Assembly: GCA_902570675.1 (NCBI GenBank) | Contig: CACFYZ010000001.1 | Span: forward strand, 96,409-160,408 | Length of the DNA stretch: 64,000 bases | Source: an uncultured Pelagibacteraceae bacterium | GTDB taxonomy: Bacteria; Pseudomonadota; Alphaproteobacteria; Pelagibacterales; AG-422-B15 | Direction of reading: 5' to 3' | In this document: in pieces, positions 1-10,659 of the stretch | Numbering within the stretch: the stretch's first letter is position 1 | Layout of the letters: every line of letters begins with the position of its first letter | The notes under the pieces: model-generated | Seen by the model: the letters and a program-made list of their open reading frames with translations, nothing else | What the model was told of the DNA's origin: nothing | The model's database searches: none | Made by a program: the position numbers and the translations under genes

Positions 1-440
1 TTATCGGACGATCAATTAGGTCAGTGGTAGATTTAGAAAAGATAAGAGATTTGCAAATTATTATTGACTGTGACGTACTACAAGCAGATGGAGGAACAAG
101 AACGGCTTCCATCTCAGGTGCTTACGTAGCACTTGAACTTTGCATAAAAAAATTGCTAGAGAAAAAAATAATCAAGCATAACCCCATCAGAGAAAATCTT
201 GCAGCTGTGAGTTGTGGGATTGTTAATGGTGTTCCTTTATTAGATCTTGATTTTAATGAAGATCAAAATGCAGATGTAGATGCAAATTTTGTTATTACTG
301 AAAGTGGTAAAATTGTTGAAATACAGATGACTTCTGAAAAAGAATTATGTTCTGAAGAAGAATTTAATTCAATGTTTTTTTTAGCCAAAGAAGGCATAAA
401 AGACATAATTCAACAGCAAAAAAATATGAGATCAAATTGA
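1..440 (+). CDS. rph: Ribonuclease PH, C-terminal part (5' end is upstream of the window)
   Basis: The frame of ORF 24..440 stays open back to base 3 (IGRSIRSV...). The DGGTRTASISGAYVAL motif is typical of RNase PH. Confidence 0.9.
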   Translation, partial: IGRSIRSVVDLEKIRDLQIIIDCDVLQADGGTRTASISGAYVALELCIKKLLEKKIIKHNPIRENLAAVSCGIVNGVPLLDLDFNEDQNADVDANFVITESGKIVEIQMTSEKELCSEEEFNSMFFLAKEGIKDIIQQQKNMRSN

Positions 441-1039
441 AAGATATTTTAATTGCGAGCCATAATGAGGGAAAGGTAAAAGAGATAAGTTCACTGTTGA
501 TTCCCATGGGTTATAAAGTTTATTCCGCTAAAAAATTTAATATAAACGAACCAAGAGAAGATGGTAACTCGTTCATTGAAAATTCATTAATAAAATCAAA
601 AAATGCAGCCTTGAAATCTGGTATACCATCTATCGCAGATGATAGTGGACTTTGTATCGCATCTTTAGGAAATCAGCCAGGCATTTATTCTGCTCGTTGG
701 GCTGGACGAAAAAAAGATTTTGATTTAGCGATGAATAAAATTGAATTAAAAATGTTAAAAAATAATTTAATTCATAAGTATCAAAAAAAAGCTTTCTTTT
801 GTTGCGCTTTATCAATTTATTTTCCAAATGGCAAATACCGTGCATTTGAAGGTAAAATTTATGGATGCATTCAATTTCCTCCAAAGGGAAAAAATGGTTT
901 TGGTTACGATCCTATTTTCGTACCTAATGGGTATAGGAAAACATTTGGGGAAATGAATTTTCGTTATAAAGAAAGTATTAGTCATCGTGCTATTGCGTTT
1001 CGAAAAATGTCGAAATTTTTAAAAAAAATGTCTAATTAA
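437..1039 (+). CDS. rdgB: dITP/XTP pyrophosphatase (Ham1/RdgB family)
   Basis: Motifs SHNEGKVKE and GFGYDPIF. rph-rdgB synteny. TTG start overlaps the rph TGA stop (TTGA). Confidence 0.9.
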   Translation: MKDILIASHNEGKVKEISSLLIPMGYKVYSAKKFNINEPREDGNSFIENSLIKSKNAALKSGIPSIADDSGLCIASLGNQPGIYSARWAGRKKDFDLAMNKIELKMLKNNLIHKYQKKAFFCCALSIYFPNGKYRAFEGKIYGCIQFPPKGKNGFGYDPIFVPNGYRKTFGEMNFRYKESISHRAIAFRKMSKFLKKMSN

Positions 1040-2313
1040 TTAATTGGAATAAATTTTTGATTTCTTATTTGAAAAATTTTTGGGTCCCGAATTACTTTTC
1101 CTGTCTCAGTAAATTGAAACCATCCATTTATACCAATAAAACCAGAATTTTTGTTGAGAATAGTACTATTAAAATTTGTTTCATTTAAATTTAAAATACT
1201 CAATAAGCCTACAAGGTCATAACTTAATGAGGAAATAGAATGTGACTTTTCATTGAATACTTCACTATAATCTTTCTCAAATTTTTTTCTGCTTAAAATA
1301 TCTAGTGAACTAAAATACGATTTGTTAAGACCAGGTTCTTTCAGAGAGATTTCATGTGCCCAAACAGAAGTACCCATGTATTGTATATTTTTTGGGTCAA
1401 CGTCATAATACGGCAGTATTGAATTAAGATTTGATAAGTCACTAAACTTTTCAGTTATTATGATGATTGCTTCAAAGTCAAGTTCTCCATAGGTATCTAG
1501 CTTTTTCAATTTCTTGATTTCTTTAAGAGAATTGTCTGTTTTTAATTTTTCTAATTCTCTTATTTTTTCCTCAAGATTTAACTGTCTAGTCTCATAGTCA
1601 CTAATGGCTCTTGAGACTGCATAAAAGTCAGGGCTAACTGTATCGTAAAATTCATACTTAAATAAAATTGAACTGTCTTTATTTTTTTGTTCTTCAATTT
1701 TTTTCTTTACACGTTGCCCAAATTCATTTTCAGGCAATACAACAGCGTATTTCCGAAGCCCTCGATTTATAGAATAATTTAGTAATTTATTAATCTCATC
1801 CTCTAATGTAAGTCCAAAGACATAATAATTGTTTTCTTCAAGCTGAGAATTATTTGAGAAAGTAATGACTGTAATTTCTTCTCCATCAATAAGGTCTTTA
1901 AGTATTAGACAATTTTTAGTGAAAACTGGACCAATAATTATTTTTATACCCTTATTAATTAATTTGTATGTATTTTGAACTAACTCTTCATCATTGCCTG
2001 TATCGACAATATGAAAACGTATATTTTCTTGATTAGTTTTTGATAAAGCAAGTTGTGCTGCATTTAATAATGATCTTCCAATTTTATAATGTTTCCCAGT
2101 TAGTGGAAGCATAATACCAATATTAATTATCTCATTATTTTTTTTTGGCATGTTTGCATCCAATACTGTTATTTTATTTGTTTCACTATCTATAGTATTA
2201 GATTGGTTATAAGATAAGAAATCGTCTGATTTTAAAGGAGGTGTTTCACAATTAGTAAAAACGAACAAAGCCGTTGTAAGAATTATGAAAACTTTTATTT
2301 TACTTGATAACAT
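1036..2313 (-). CDS. Lipoprotein with a type-1 periplasmic-binding-protein-like fold; LpoA-like (penicillin-binding protein activator) candidate
   Basis: Signal peptide with lipobox VFTNC. Length and composition resemble the LivK/LpoA C-terminal domain. It is divergent from rsmI, as yraM(lpoA)/yraL(rsmI) are in E. coli. The family call rests on synteny and general similarity only. Confidence 0.55.
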   Translation of the reverse strand: MLSSKIKVFIILTTALFVFTNCETPPLKSDDFLSYNQSNTIDSETNKITVLDANMPKKNNEIINIGIMLPLTGKHYKIGRSLLNAAQLALSKTNQENIRFHIVDTGNDEELVQNTYKLINKGIKIIIGPVFTKNCLILKDLIDGEEITVITFSNNSQLEENNYYVFGLTLEDEINKLLNYSINRGLRKYAVVLPENEFGQRVKKKIEEQKNKDSSILFKYEFYDTVSPDFYAVSRAISDYETRQLNLEEKIRELEKLKTDNSLKEIKKLKKLDTYGELDFEAIIIITEKFSDLSNLNSILPYYDVDPKNIQYMGTSVWAHEISLKEPGLNKSYFSSLDILSRKKFEKDYSEVFNEKSHSISSLSYDLVGLLSILNLNETNFNSTILNKNSGFIGINGWFQFTETGKVIRDPKIFQIRNQKFIPIN

Positions 2314-2316
2314 TTA

Positions 2317-3201
2317 ATGCCATTAAATATAAATTATATTTCAGATTTATTAAATTACGAAAAATTGCAAAGTGGACTCTATATTGTATCAACTCCCATA
2401 GGTAATTTGAGCGATATTACTCTTCGCGCTTTGAAAGTTTTATCTAGTGTCGACATAATTTTATGCGAGGATACTAGGATTAGTAAAAGATTAACAATTA
2501 AATACGGTATTAACACAAAACTTATTTCTTTTCACAAATTTAATACAAGAAAAATAATACCAAGTATTATAACAAAATTAAGCAAGGGGTTTTCAATTGC
2601 TCTTATATCAGACTCTGGCACTCCGCTCATTTCAGATCCAGGTTCAGATTTAATTAATGAATGTAATAATAAAAATTTCAAAGTAACCTCAATACCTGGC
2701 CCTTCTGCAACAACAGCTAGCATAGTCCTATCATCGTTTTATAATTCATCTTTTTCTTTTCATGGTTTTTTTCCTAGACAAAAAAAAGAAATAAAAATTG
2801 TAATTCAAAATTTAAAAAAAAGTCTTTATCCATTAATTTTTTTTGAGTCGCCAAAACGAATAATTAAAACTTTAAAAATAATTCAAAATGAAATTACAGA
2901 TTGTCGTGTAACTTTTATTCGTGAATTAACTAAAAAATATGAGGAAATTTTTAATACAACACTTACTGATCTTATAGCAGAGTTAGAAAAAAGAGAAAAA
3001 ATTGTTGGTGAAATTTCGTTTATCATTGAACCTCTATATGAAAAAATAAATTCAGATTTAAATAATCAGGAAATCATTGAGCTTGCCAATAAATTATTAA
3101 ATCAAGGTGAAAACGTTTCAAATATATCAAAAGAACTATCTCAAAATTTTGGCATGTCTAAGCGGGAAATATATCAAATATTAATAAAAAATATGAAATA
3201 A
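2317..3201 (+). CDS. rsmI: 16S rRNA (cytidine1402-2'-O)-methyltransferase
   Basis: N-terminal LYIVSTPIGNLSDITLRAL...EDTR tetrapyrrole-methylase-like signature. An alternative TTG start at 2365 is possible. Confidence 0.9.
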   Translation: MPLNINYISDLLNYEKLQSGLYIVSTPIGNLSDITLRALKVLSSVDIILCEDTRISKRLTIKYGINTKLISFHKFNTRKIIPSIITKLSKGFSIALISDSGTPLISDPGSDLINECNNKNFKVTSIPGPSATTASIVLSSFYNSSFSFHGFFPRQKKEIKIVIQNLKKSLYPLIFFESPKRIIKTLKIIQNEITDCRVTFIRELTKKYEEIFNTTLTDLIAELEKREKIVGEISFIIEPLYEKINSDLNNQEIIELANKLLNQGENVSNISKELSQNFGMSKREIYQILIKNMK

Positions 3202-3229
3202 TTGAAAACTGTTATATCATTTAATTTTT

Positions 3230-3820
3230 ATGAGCAAAAAAAAAATATATTTATTAATAATATTTTTATGCGTTCCTTACCTTTTTAGTGCTTGTGCACA
3301 AGTATTAACTGGTACAGCCGCCAAAGTTATTACCGTTACAAAAGAAGACAGAACTATCGGAGAATTCGTTGACGATGCTTTAATTAAGACAATTATTAAA
3401 AATACATATTTTGATCAAAGCGGTAATTTATTCTTTAATGTTGACGTAGAAGTCTCTCAGGGACGAGTATTATTAACTGGAACTGTTGATAATATGGATT
3501 TAAAAATTGAAGCAACAAGAATTGCATGGGGTGTTGAAGATGTTAAGACTGTGATTAATGAACTTCAAATAAGTAATTCAGATAATATTTTTAATTTTGC
3601 TGATGACCTCGTGATCAGTACCAAAGTATCCGGTAGACTTATACTTGAAGAAGAAGTTAATTCACTAAATTATAATATCGAAACAGTTAATAAAGTTGTT
3701 TATATAATTGGTATTGCTAATAATGATGATGAACAAAAAAAGGTAATTGATATTGCAAGTGATGTATATGGCGTTGAAGGCGTTATTGATTACATTACTA
3801 TAAAAGCTCCATTAAACTAG
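3230..3820 (+). CDS. Lipoprotein with two BON domains (DolP/YraP-like)
   Basis: Lipobox LFSAC. There are two repeats of the BON pattern (DDALIK...V.V.V..G.V.L.G.V). Its position next to rsmI matches the E. coli yra cluster. Confidence 0.75.
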   Translation: MSKKKIYLLIIFLCVPYLFSACAQVLTGTAAKVITVTKEDRTIGEFVDDALIKTIIKNTYFDQSGNLFFNVDVEVSQGRVLLTGTVDNMDLKIEATRIAWGVEDVKTVINELQISNSDNIFNFADDLVISTKVSGRLILEEEVNSLNYNIETVNKVVYIIGIANNDDEQKKVIDIASDVYGVEGVIDYITIKAPLN

Positions 3821-3828
3821 TTATACTT

Positions 3829-4749
3829 ATGAATATTGGATTTCAAACTGACCCAGTCGAGAATTTTAATTTTGAAACAGATAGTACGCTCCCTATTATT
3901 CGTGAGTCTCAGAATAGAAATAATAAAAACTACGTATTTTTGCCTAATTCACTTACATATAAAAATAACAAAGTATATGGAGAAATTACTGAAGTAAAAT
4001 TCAAGAACCGGCACTTAAACTCACTTGAATTAATAAAGACCCGACATGCCTGCTTAGATATATTTGATAAGATTTTTATTAGACAAGACCCTCCATATAA
4101 TATGGAATATATTTCATCTCTTCATATATTAGAGCAGTGTAAGCAAAAAATTAAATTTATAAATAGTCCAGTTGGTATTAGAAATGCGCCAGAAAAAATA
4201 TCAATGTTGCAGTTCAAAGAAATTATACCTCCGACAATTATTACACGTTCAGTGAGTGAAATTAAAAAGTTTACGTCGTTATATAGCAAATCAATAATTA
4301 AACCTTTGTATGGTAACGGAGGTGAGAGTATTTTTATGCTCGATATAAAGGATAAAAATTATAATCAGATTATTGAAAAATTTTTAAAGTCAAATAAAGA
4401 ACCCTTTATCATCCAAAAATTTTTAAAAGAAATTAAGAGTGGAGATAAGAGAATAATTCTTGTGGACGGGGAACCAATTGCAGCTGTAAAAAGAATACCA
4501 AAAAAAGGTGAAATAAGATCAAATATTCATGTGGGAGGGGAATGCGAAAAAGTCGAGCTGTCCATTAATGACACAAAAATTTGCAAAAGAATAAGTGGCT
4601 ATCTTAAAAGTGAAGGTCTTTTATTTGTTGGAATTGACATAATTGGTAATTATTTAACTGAGATTAATGTGACATCACCGACCTGTATTCAAGAAATAAA
4701 TAGACTTCATAAGATTGATATAGCTAAAATAATTTGGGATAAGATTTAA
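3829..4749 (+). CDS. gshB: Glutathione synthetase (ATP-grasp)
   Basis: N-terminus MNIGFQTDPVENFNFETDST and the ATP-grasp core IIKPLYGNGGESIF match prokaryotic GshB. Confidence 0.88.
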   Translation: MNIGFQTDPVENFNFETDSTLPIIRESQNRNNKNYVFLPNSLTYKNNKVYGEITEVKFKNRHLNSLELIKTRHACLDIFDKIFIRQDPPYNMEYISSLHILEQCKQKIKFINSPVGIRNAPEKISMLQFKEIIPPTIITRSVSEIKKFTSLYSKSIIKPLYGNGGESIFMLDIKDKNYNQIIEKFLKSNKEPFIIQKFLKEIKSGDKRIILVDGEPIAAVKRIPKKGEIRSNIHVGGECEKVELSINDTKICKRISGYLKSEGLLFVGIDIIGNYLTEINVTSPTCIQEINRLHKIDIAKIIWDKI

Positions 4750-4754
4750 AAACT

Positions 4755-5717
4755 ATGAGTATAAGATCAAATTTATTAAATTATATATTAAAAAAATATA
4801 TCAAAAACGTTCAGCCTCCTGTAGAAGAACGCTCATATCTAGAAGCTAGAAAAATGATGAACCAAAAAGGTTATGTCGATTCTAACCAGCCTGTGGTTGC
4901 AAAATTTTTACAGCAAATCATCTTTAATAAAAAGAAAAGCAAAATCTCAATCAATGAAATTAAACTAGGCTCAATTAGAACCCTAGACTTCTATCATTCA
5001 GACTTTAACTCTGAAAAATGTATTTTATATTTTCACGGAGGAGGATATGTTGCTGGATCACCAGAAACGCATCAGAATTTATTAATAAGCTTAGCCAAAA
5101 AATCTAATATTAGAATTTTTGCCATTGACTACTCATTATCTCCTGAAAGTACTTATCCTGCAGCAATCGAGGATGCTATTGAAAGCTATCAAGCTCTTTG
5201 TGCAATGGGTTATGAAAGTAAAAATATTTATTTTGGTGGTGACTCAGCTGGAGGTAATTTAACTTTAGTAACTATACTAAAACTACAACAGATTTCAGAA
5301 GATTTACCTGGTAAATCATTTCTGCTCTCACCATGGACGGACTTAACTGGTGAAGGTAGAAGTATTAAAGAAAATTCTTTAACTGATCCATACTTATCTT
5401 ATGATGACTGGCTAAATACTGCCAGGTCAATGAAAAAAAATGTTGAAGAGTGGTATGCTCCTAACGAAGATTATCATAACCCTTTGATATCACCTGTCTT
5501 TGCTGAATTTAAGAATTTTCCAGAAACTTTAATTCAAGTAAGCGATATAGAAATATTACTTGGTGACTCAGTAGACGTTGCAGAAAGAATGAAGAAAGGG
5601 AACAATAATGTACATCTCAGTATCTATAAAAATTTACCGCATGTTTGGCAAATATTTAGCTTTCTTCCAGAAGCTCAAAAAGCTGTAGATGAAATTGTTA
5701 CTTTTTTAAAAAATTAA
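4755..5717 (+). CDS. Alpha/beta hydrolase, hormone-sensitive-lipase-like esterase family
   Basis: Oxyanion-hole motif HGGGY and nucleophile elbow GDSAGG. Substrate unknown. Confidence 0.8.
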   Translation: MSIRSNLLNYILKKYIKNVQPPVEERSYLEARKMMNQKGYVDSNQPVVAKFLQQIIFNKKKSKISINEIKLGSIRTLDFYHSDFNSEKCILYFHGGGYVAGSPETHQNLLISLAKKSNIRIFAIDYSLSPESTYPAAIEDAIESYQALCAMGYESKNIYFGGDSAGGNLTLVTILKLQQISEDLPGKSFLLSPWTDLTGEGRSIKENSLTDPYLSYDDWLNTARSMKKNVEEWYAPNEDYHNPLISPVFAEFKNFPETLIQVSDIEILLGDSVDVAERMKKGNNNVHLSIYKNLPHVWQIFSFLPEAQKAVDEIVTFLKN

Positions 5718-7982
5718 TTTTTATAGGCAGCTAATGCTGCAAGGTTAACAATATCAGATACGTTCGCGCCTAATGGTGCAATTTGAATACTTTCCTTAAA
5801 GCCAACTAAATAAGGTCCGACTAAATTACCATCACCCAGTTCTTGTAACATTTTTGTAGATATACTAGCGCTGTGTATGGCCGGCATAATCAATAAATTT
5901 GCAGGACCAGATAATTTACAAAAAGGATAAAGTTTCATTAAATTCTGATTAAGTGCAGTATTAGCCCCCATCTCACCATCATATTCAAAATCTACATTCC
6001 TTTCATCGAGAATTTTTATAGCGTCTCTGATATAAACAGATCTCTCAGTAAAGGGCTTGCCAAAATTAGAATATGATACAAGAGCAGCTCGTGGTTCAAT
6101 TCCAAATATCTCTTTTACAACCTCGGCACTTCCTTGAGTTATGTTTGCAAGTTGCATAGCATTTGGCATATCATGTACATTCGAGTCAGCAACAAAAATG
6201 GTTCTTCCATTACATAACATCACTGTCATACCAAGAATAGTTTTGTTAGGAATTGGATCTAAAACATATTCAATACTTTCTAATGATGCAGCATAACTTC
6301 TTGTCAATCCACATATCATCGCATCAGCCTCTTTGAGAGATACCATGCATGCAGCAAAGACATTTCTTTCTTTAATAAGAAGTTCAAGACAATCTTTCTT
6401 GAGAAACCCTTTTCTTTGCAATCGATCATAAATATGATTTGCGTATCTATCATGCTCAGTTTTATTTCGAGTACTATGTATTTCCATTTGTTCAAAAAAG
6501 TCTAGACCCATTTCGTTCATTTTATTTTTGATGATTTCTTCTCTGCCAATTAATATAGGTGTTCCCATTCCATTATTTAAAAAAATAGCAGCAGCTCTAA
6601 TCATGTCTTCTTCTTCACCTTCAGTAAATATAACTCTTTTTGGGTTTTCTTTAACATCTTGAAAAATTTTTTGAAGCAACCCTGCAGACGGATTAAGCCG
6701 AGCTGATAGCTCGTTGGAATATCGTTCCATGTCAACTATTGCTCTTCTCGCAACTCCTGTATCCATCGCGGCCTTTGCAACTGCTGGCGGCACCTTACTT
6801 ATTAACCTTGGATCAAAAGGTGATGGAATAATATATTCAGGTCCATATTGAGGTCTTTCTCCAGGGTAAGCATTAGCAACTTCGTCTGGAACATCTTCTT
6901 TAGCTAACTCAGCAATAGCTTTTGCAGCAGCTATTTTCATTTCAAGATTAATTGTTGTAGCCCTCACATCGAGTGCACCTCTAAAAATATAGGGAAAACC
7001 TAGTACATTATTAACTTGGTTTGGATAATCTGATCTACCTGTAGCTATTATTGCATCCTTTCTACAATCCATAACATCTTCAGGTAATATCTCAGGTTCT
7101 GGATTTGCCATAGCAAAAATTATTGGATTTTTAGCCATTGATAAAACCATTTTTTGCGAGATAATATTACCAACTGATAGTCCAAAAAATATATCGGCAT
7201 CTTTAAGAGCGTCTTCTAATGACCGACAATCTGTTTTGATTGCATGAGCAGACTTCCATTGGTTCATATTTTCTTTTCTTTCAGAGTGTATTACACCTTT
7301 TGTGTCACACAAAATTGCATTTTCATTTGGTAGGCCCATTGCTTTTAAGAGTTCCAGACATGCAACACCAGCTGCACCTGCTCCATTAACAACAATTTTT
7401 GCTTCTGAAATTTTTTTTACCTGATAAGTCAAGAGCATTTATCAATGCAGCTGCTGAAATAATAGCGGTACCATGTTGATCATCATGAAATATTGGAATA
7501 TCCATTAACTCTCTCAGAGTATCTTCAATAATGAAACACTCTGGTGCTTTAATATCTTCTAAATTTATACCACCAAATGATGGTCCCAAATGTTTTATGG
7601 AATTTATAAATTCTTCAGCATCTTCGGTATCAACTTCAAGATCAATCGAGTCGATGTCAGAAAATCTTTTAAATAAAACAGACTTTCCCTCCATAACAGG
7701 TTTTGAGGCATGAGCACCAAGATTTCCCAAACCTAAAATTGCTGTACCATTTGAAACAACTGCAACAATATTACCTTTACTTGTATAATCGTAAACAGAA
7801 CTTATATCCTCAGCAATTGCATTCACAGGAGCTGCAACACCAGGAGAGTAAGCGAGCGATAGATCTCTCTGCGTTTCAAGCGGCTTTGTAGCTTTGATTT
7901 CAATTTTTCCTGGCTTTCCCCGCGCATGGAAAACTAGTGCTTCTTTTTCACTAAAATGTTCATTTCTTTGTTTTTTTGTCAT
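5714..7982 (-). pseudogene. maeB: NADP-dependent malic enzyme (malic enzyme plus PTA-like domain). The reading frame is broken by one extra base in an A8 run, so the ORF track shows it as 7386..7982 and 5714..7438.
   Basis: The N-terminal ORF has [22 protein letters not shown] and HDDQHGTAI. The second ORF continues with [11 protein letters not shown] and a PTA-like C-terminal half. Removing one A from GGTAAAAAAAATTTC restores ...[22 protein letters not shown].... This could be a real frameshift or a sequencing error. Confidence 0.85.
7411..7418 (-). other. T8 (A8 on the coding strand) homopolymer at the maeB frame break
   Basis: Counted directly: the plus strand reads gaaa-tttttttt-acctg. 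Confidence 0.95.
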
Positions 7983-8104
7983 AAATACTTTTTTGAGACC
8001 TTATATAGTTTTTTACCTGCTATTCAAATTCAAAAGATATATATTGAGTATGCACTTATTTTTGACGTGATTTAGAACGAAATATAAGAGTAAATAGCAA
8101 GAAT

Positions 8105-9643
8105 ATGAATGTTTTAAGGTCATCATTAATATACTCATTTTTTACTTCAATTAGTAGAGTGCTTGGATATGTAAGAGATATCTTAATCGCTATTTTTTTA
8201 GGAACTGGTGTACTAGCAGATATTTTTTTTGTTGCATTTCGTCTTCCAAACACATTTCGAAGAATTTTTTCTGAAGGAGCTCTTAACTCAGCTTTTGTAC
8301 CGATTTACTCAAAACTTCTTTTAAACAAACCCAATGACAGTGCAAAAATTTTTGCTGGTAATACTCTTTTAGTTTTTTTTATTTTTACTTCACTAGTTGT
8401 AATAGTCGTCGAAGTATTTATGCCTTACTTTGTTATGATACTAGCACCTGGCTTCTTAAATGATGAAAATAAATTTCAAGAGTTAATTAAGGTTTCAAGA
8501 ATTGTTTTTCCTTTTTTAATTCTTATTTGTCTCTCTTCTCTTTACTCTTCTATTTTGAATTCTCACAATAAATTTGCACTTTCTGCATCATTGCCAATAT
8601 TTTTAAATATTGCACTAATAGCATCTTTAATATTAGCATTTTTTTACTCTAGTAATTTTTTACTCTATTTATCGTGGGGTGTAATAATTGGTGGGATGGT
8701 GCAATTAATTTTATTAATTTGTGCACTAACTTATAGCAAAATTGAAATCAAATATTTTTCAAAAGTTGTGAAAAATAATATGAAAAAATTTTTTCAATTA
8801 TTTTCTATTAGTTTCTTTTCCTCTGGATTATTGCAGATTAATATTTTAATAGGAACTATTATTGCTTCCTTTGAATCTGGGGCAATTTCATACTTATATT
8901 ATGCTGATAGAGTATACCAATTACCATTGGCATTGATCGGAATAGCAATAGGTATTGTTCTGCTTCCTGCAATTTCACTTAAAATTGAAAATAAAATGAA
9001 GGATGAGATCAGTCAAACAATTGAAAATACTTTAATTTTTGCACTTTTAGTGGCAATTCCAGCGTCAATAGGCATATTCATTCTACCTGAGCTAATTGTA
9101 GAGGTACTTTTTAAAAGGGGAGAATTTAATGAACTTTCGACATTAAATACTTCTTTGGCACTTAAATATTATAGTTTTGGGCTTGTAGCTTTTATATTAA
9201 TGAAAATCTATAATCCTATTTTTTTTGCATACGAAGATGCCAAGCCAGCATTATATGTGACATTAACTAACTTAATTTTTAATACGATTATAAGTATCAT
9301 TTTATTTTTAAAAATGGGGTTTATTGGTATTGCAATTGGTACTAGCGTATCAGCATGGCTGTCAGTAATTATGATGCAATATTTTTTAAGTAAAAATAAT
9401 TACTATAAAATTTCCCATAATTTTTTTAAGCCTTTGTTTATTATTTTTCTCTCTTCAATTATTTTATATTTTTATCTGACTTATCTAGAAATATATTCAT
9501 CTGAAATATTAGAAAAATTTGAATTAAATAAAATTATATTTCTTTTATTTTCAGTACTTTCTTCGATATTTCTTTATTTCTTTGTTATTTCATTTTACAA
9601 GCCTTTCTCATATACAGAACTTAAGAAAGTCATAATTAAATGA
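8105..9643 (+). CDS. murJ: Lipid II flippase MurJ (MviN)
   Basis: N-terminus SRVLGYVRDILIAIFLG, a polytopic membrane protein of about 510 aa. murJ-trpS synteny. Confidence 0.9.
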   Translation: MNVLRSSLIYSFFTSISRVLGYVRDILIAIFLGTGVLADIFFVAFRLPNTFRRIFSEGALNSAFVPIYSKLLLNKPNDSAKIFAGNTLLVFFIFTSLVVIVVEVFMPYFVMILAPGFLNDENKFQELIKVSRIVFPFLILICLSSLYSSILNSHNKFALSASLPIFLNIALIASLILAFFYSSNFLLYLSWGVIIGGMVQLILLICALTYSKIEIKYFSKVVKNNMKKFFQLFSISFFSSGLLQINILIGTIIASFESGAISYLYYADRVYQLPLALIGIAIGIVLLPAISLKIENKMKDEISQTIENTLIFALLVAIPASIGIFILPELIVEVLFKRGEFNELSTLNTSLALKYYSFGLVAFILMKIYNPIFFAYEDAKPALYVTLTNLIFNTIISIILFLKMGFIGIAIGTSVSAWLSVIMMQYFLSKNNYYKISHNFFKPLFIIFLSSIILYFYLTYLEIYSSEILEKFELNKIIFLLFSVLSSIFLYFFVISFYKPFSYTELKKVIIK

Positions 9644-10659
9644 GTTTTAAAAATCATACAGTTTTATCTGGTGTTCAACCTTCCGGTAATTTACATATTG
9701 GGAATTACTTGGGTGCAATAAAAAATTTTATTAACATGCAGGATGATTTTAATTGTTATTTTTGTGTCGTAGATCTCCACGCCATAACCGTAAAACAAGA
9801 TCCAGAGTCATTACGTAGTAATACACTTGAAGTAGTTGCTACTTATCTAGCTTCTGGAATAGATCCAAAGTTAAGCGTAATATTTAACCAAAGTAGCGTC
9901 TCAATGCATGCTGAGCTTTCATGGATCTTGAATTGCGTAACAAGAATGGGCTGGTTAAATCGGATGACACAATTTAAAGATAAGGCAGGAAAAGACCGAG
10001 AAAATGTAAGCTCAGGACTATTTATATATCCTAATTTAATGGCAGCTGATATTTTACTCTATAAGGCAACACATGTACCTGTAGGAAATGATCAGAAACA
10101 ACACTTGGAATTAACTCGAGATATAGCTGAAAAGTTTAATAGAGATTATAATTGCGAGAATTTCTTTCCAAGCCCCGAACCAATAATTGATAATGATATA
10201 TCAAGAATCATGTCACTTAAAAATGGTTTACAAAAAATGAGCAAGTCTGATCCCTCGGAGTACTCAAGAATTTGCTTAACTGATGACAATGATACAATTA
10301 TAAAGAAAATCAAAAAAGCTAAAACTGCTGATGTACAAATGCCAGACAATTTAAATGATGTTCTTGTATTGAGTGAAATTAACAATTTATTAAATATTTA
10401 CTCAGGATTTTCTGGTATGAAAAAAGAACAATTAATCGATAAATATAAAGGTGAAAATTTTTCTAATTTTAAGTCTGAACTTTCAGACTTGCTCGTTTCT
10501 AAAATTGAACCTATTGCAATAGAAGCAAAAAAATTAATGAATGATAAATCGTTTTTATTTGATGTTTTAAGTGATGGAAAAAAAAGGGCTAGAGAAATTG
10601 CCACAAAAACGTTAAATGATGTTTACGATATAGTGGGGCTTGTAAGATATGATTCATAG
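9640..10659 (+). CDS. trpS: Tryptophan--tRNA ligase
   Basis: GVQPSGNLHIGNYLGA (HIGH region) and KMSKS. ATGA overlap with murJ. Confidence 0.95.
   Translation: MSFKNHTVLSGVQPSGNLHIGNYLGAIKNFINMQDDFNCYFCVVDLHAITVKQDPESLRSNTLEVVATYLASGIDPKLSVIFNQSSVSMHAELSWILNCVTRMGWLNRMTQFKDKAGKDRENVSSGLFIYPNLMAADILLYKATHVPVGNDQKQHLELTRDIAEKFNRDYNCENFFPSPEPIIDNDISRIMSLKNGLQKMSKSDPSEYSRICLTDDNDTIIKKIKKAKTADVQMPDNLNDVLVLSEINNLLNIYSGFSGMKKEQLIDKYKGENFSNFKSELSDLLVSKIEPIAIEAKKLMNDKSFLFDVLSDGKKRAREIATKTLNDVYDIVGLVRYDS

Noticed and set aside
8071-8087. TTTAGAA half-site in the maeB/murJ divergent spacer
   Set aside because: Only the left ICE half matches. The right half (AATATAA) matches just 2 of 7 positions of TTCTAAA.
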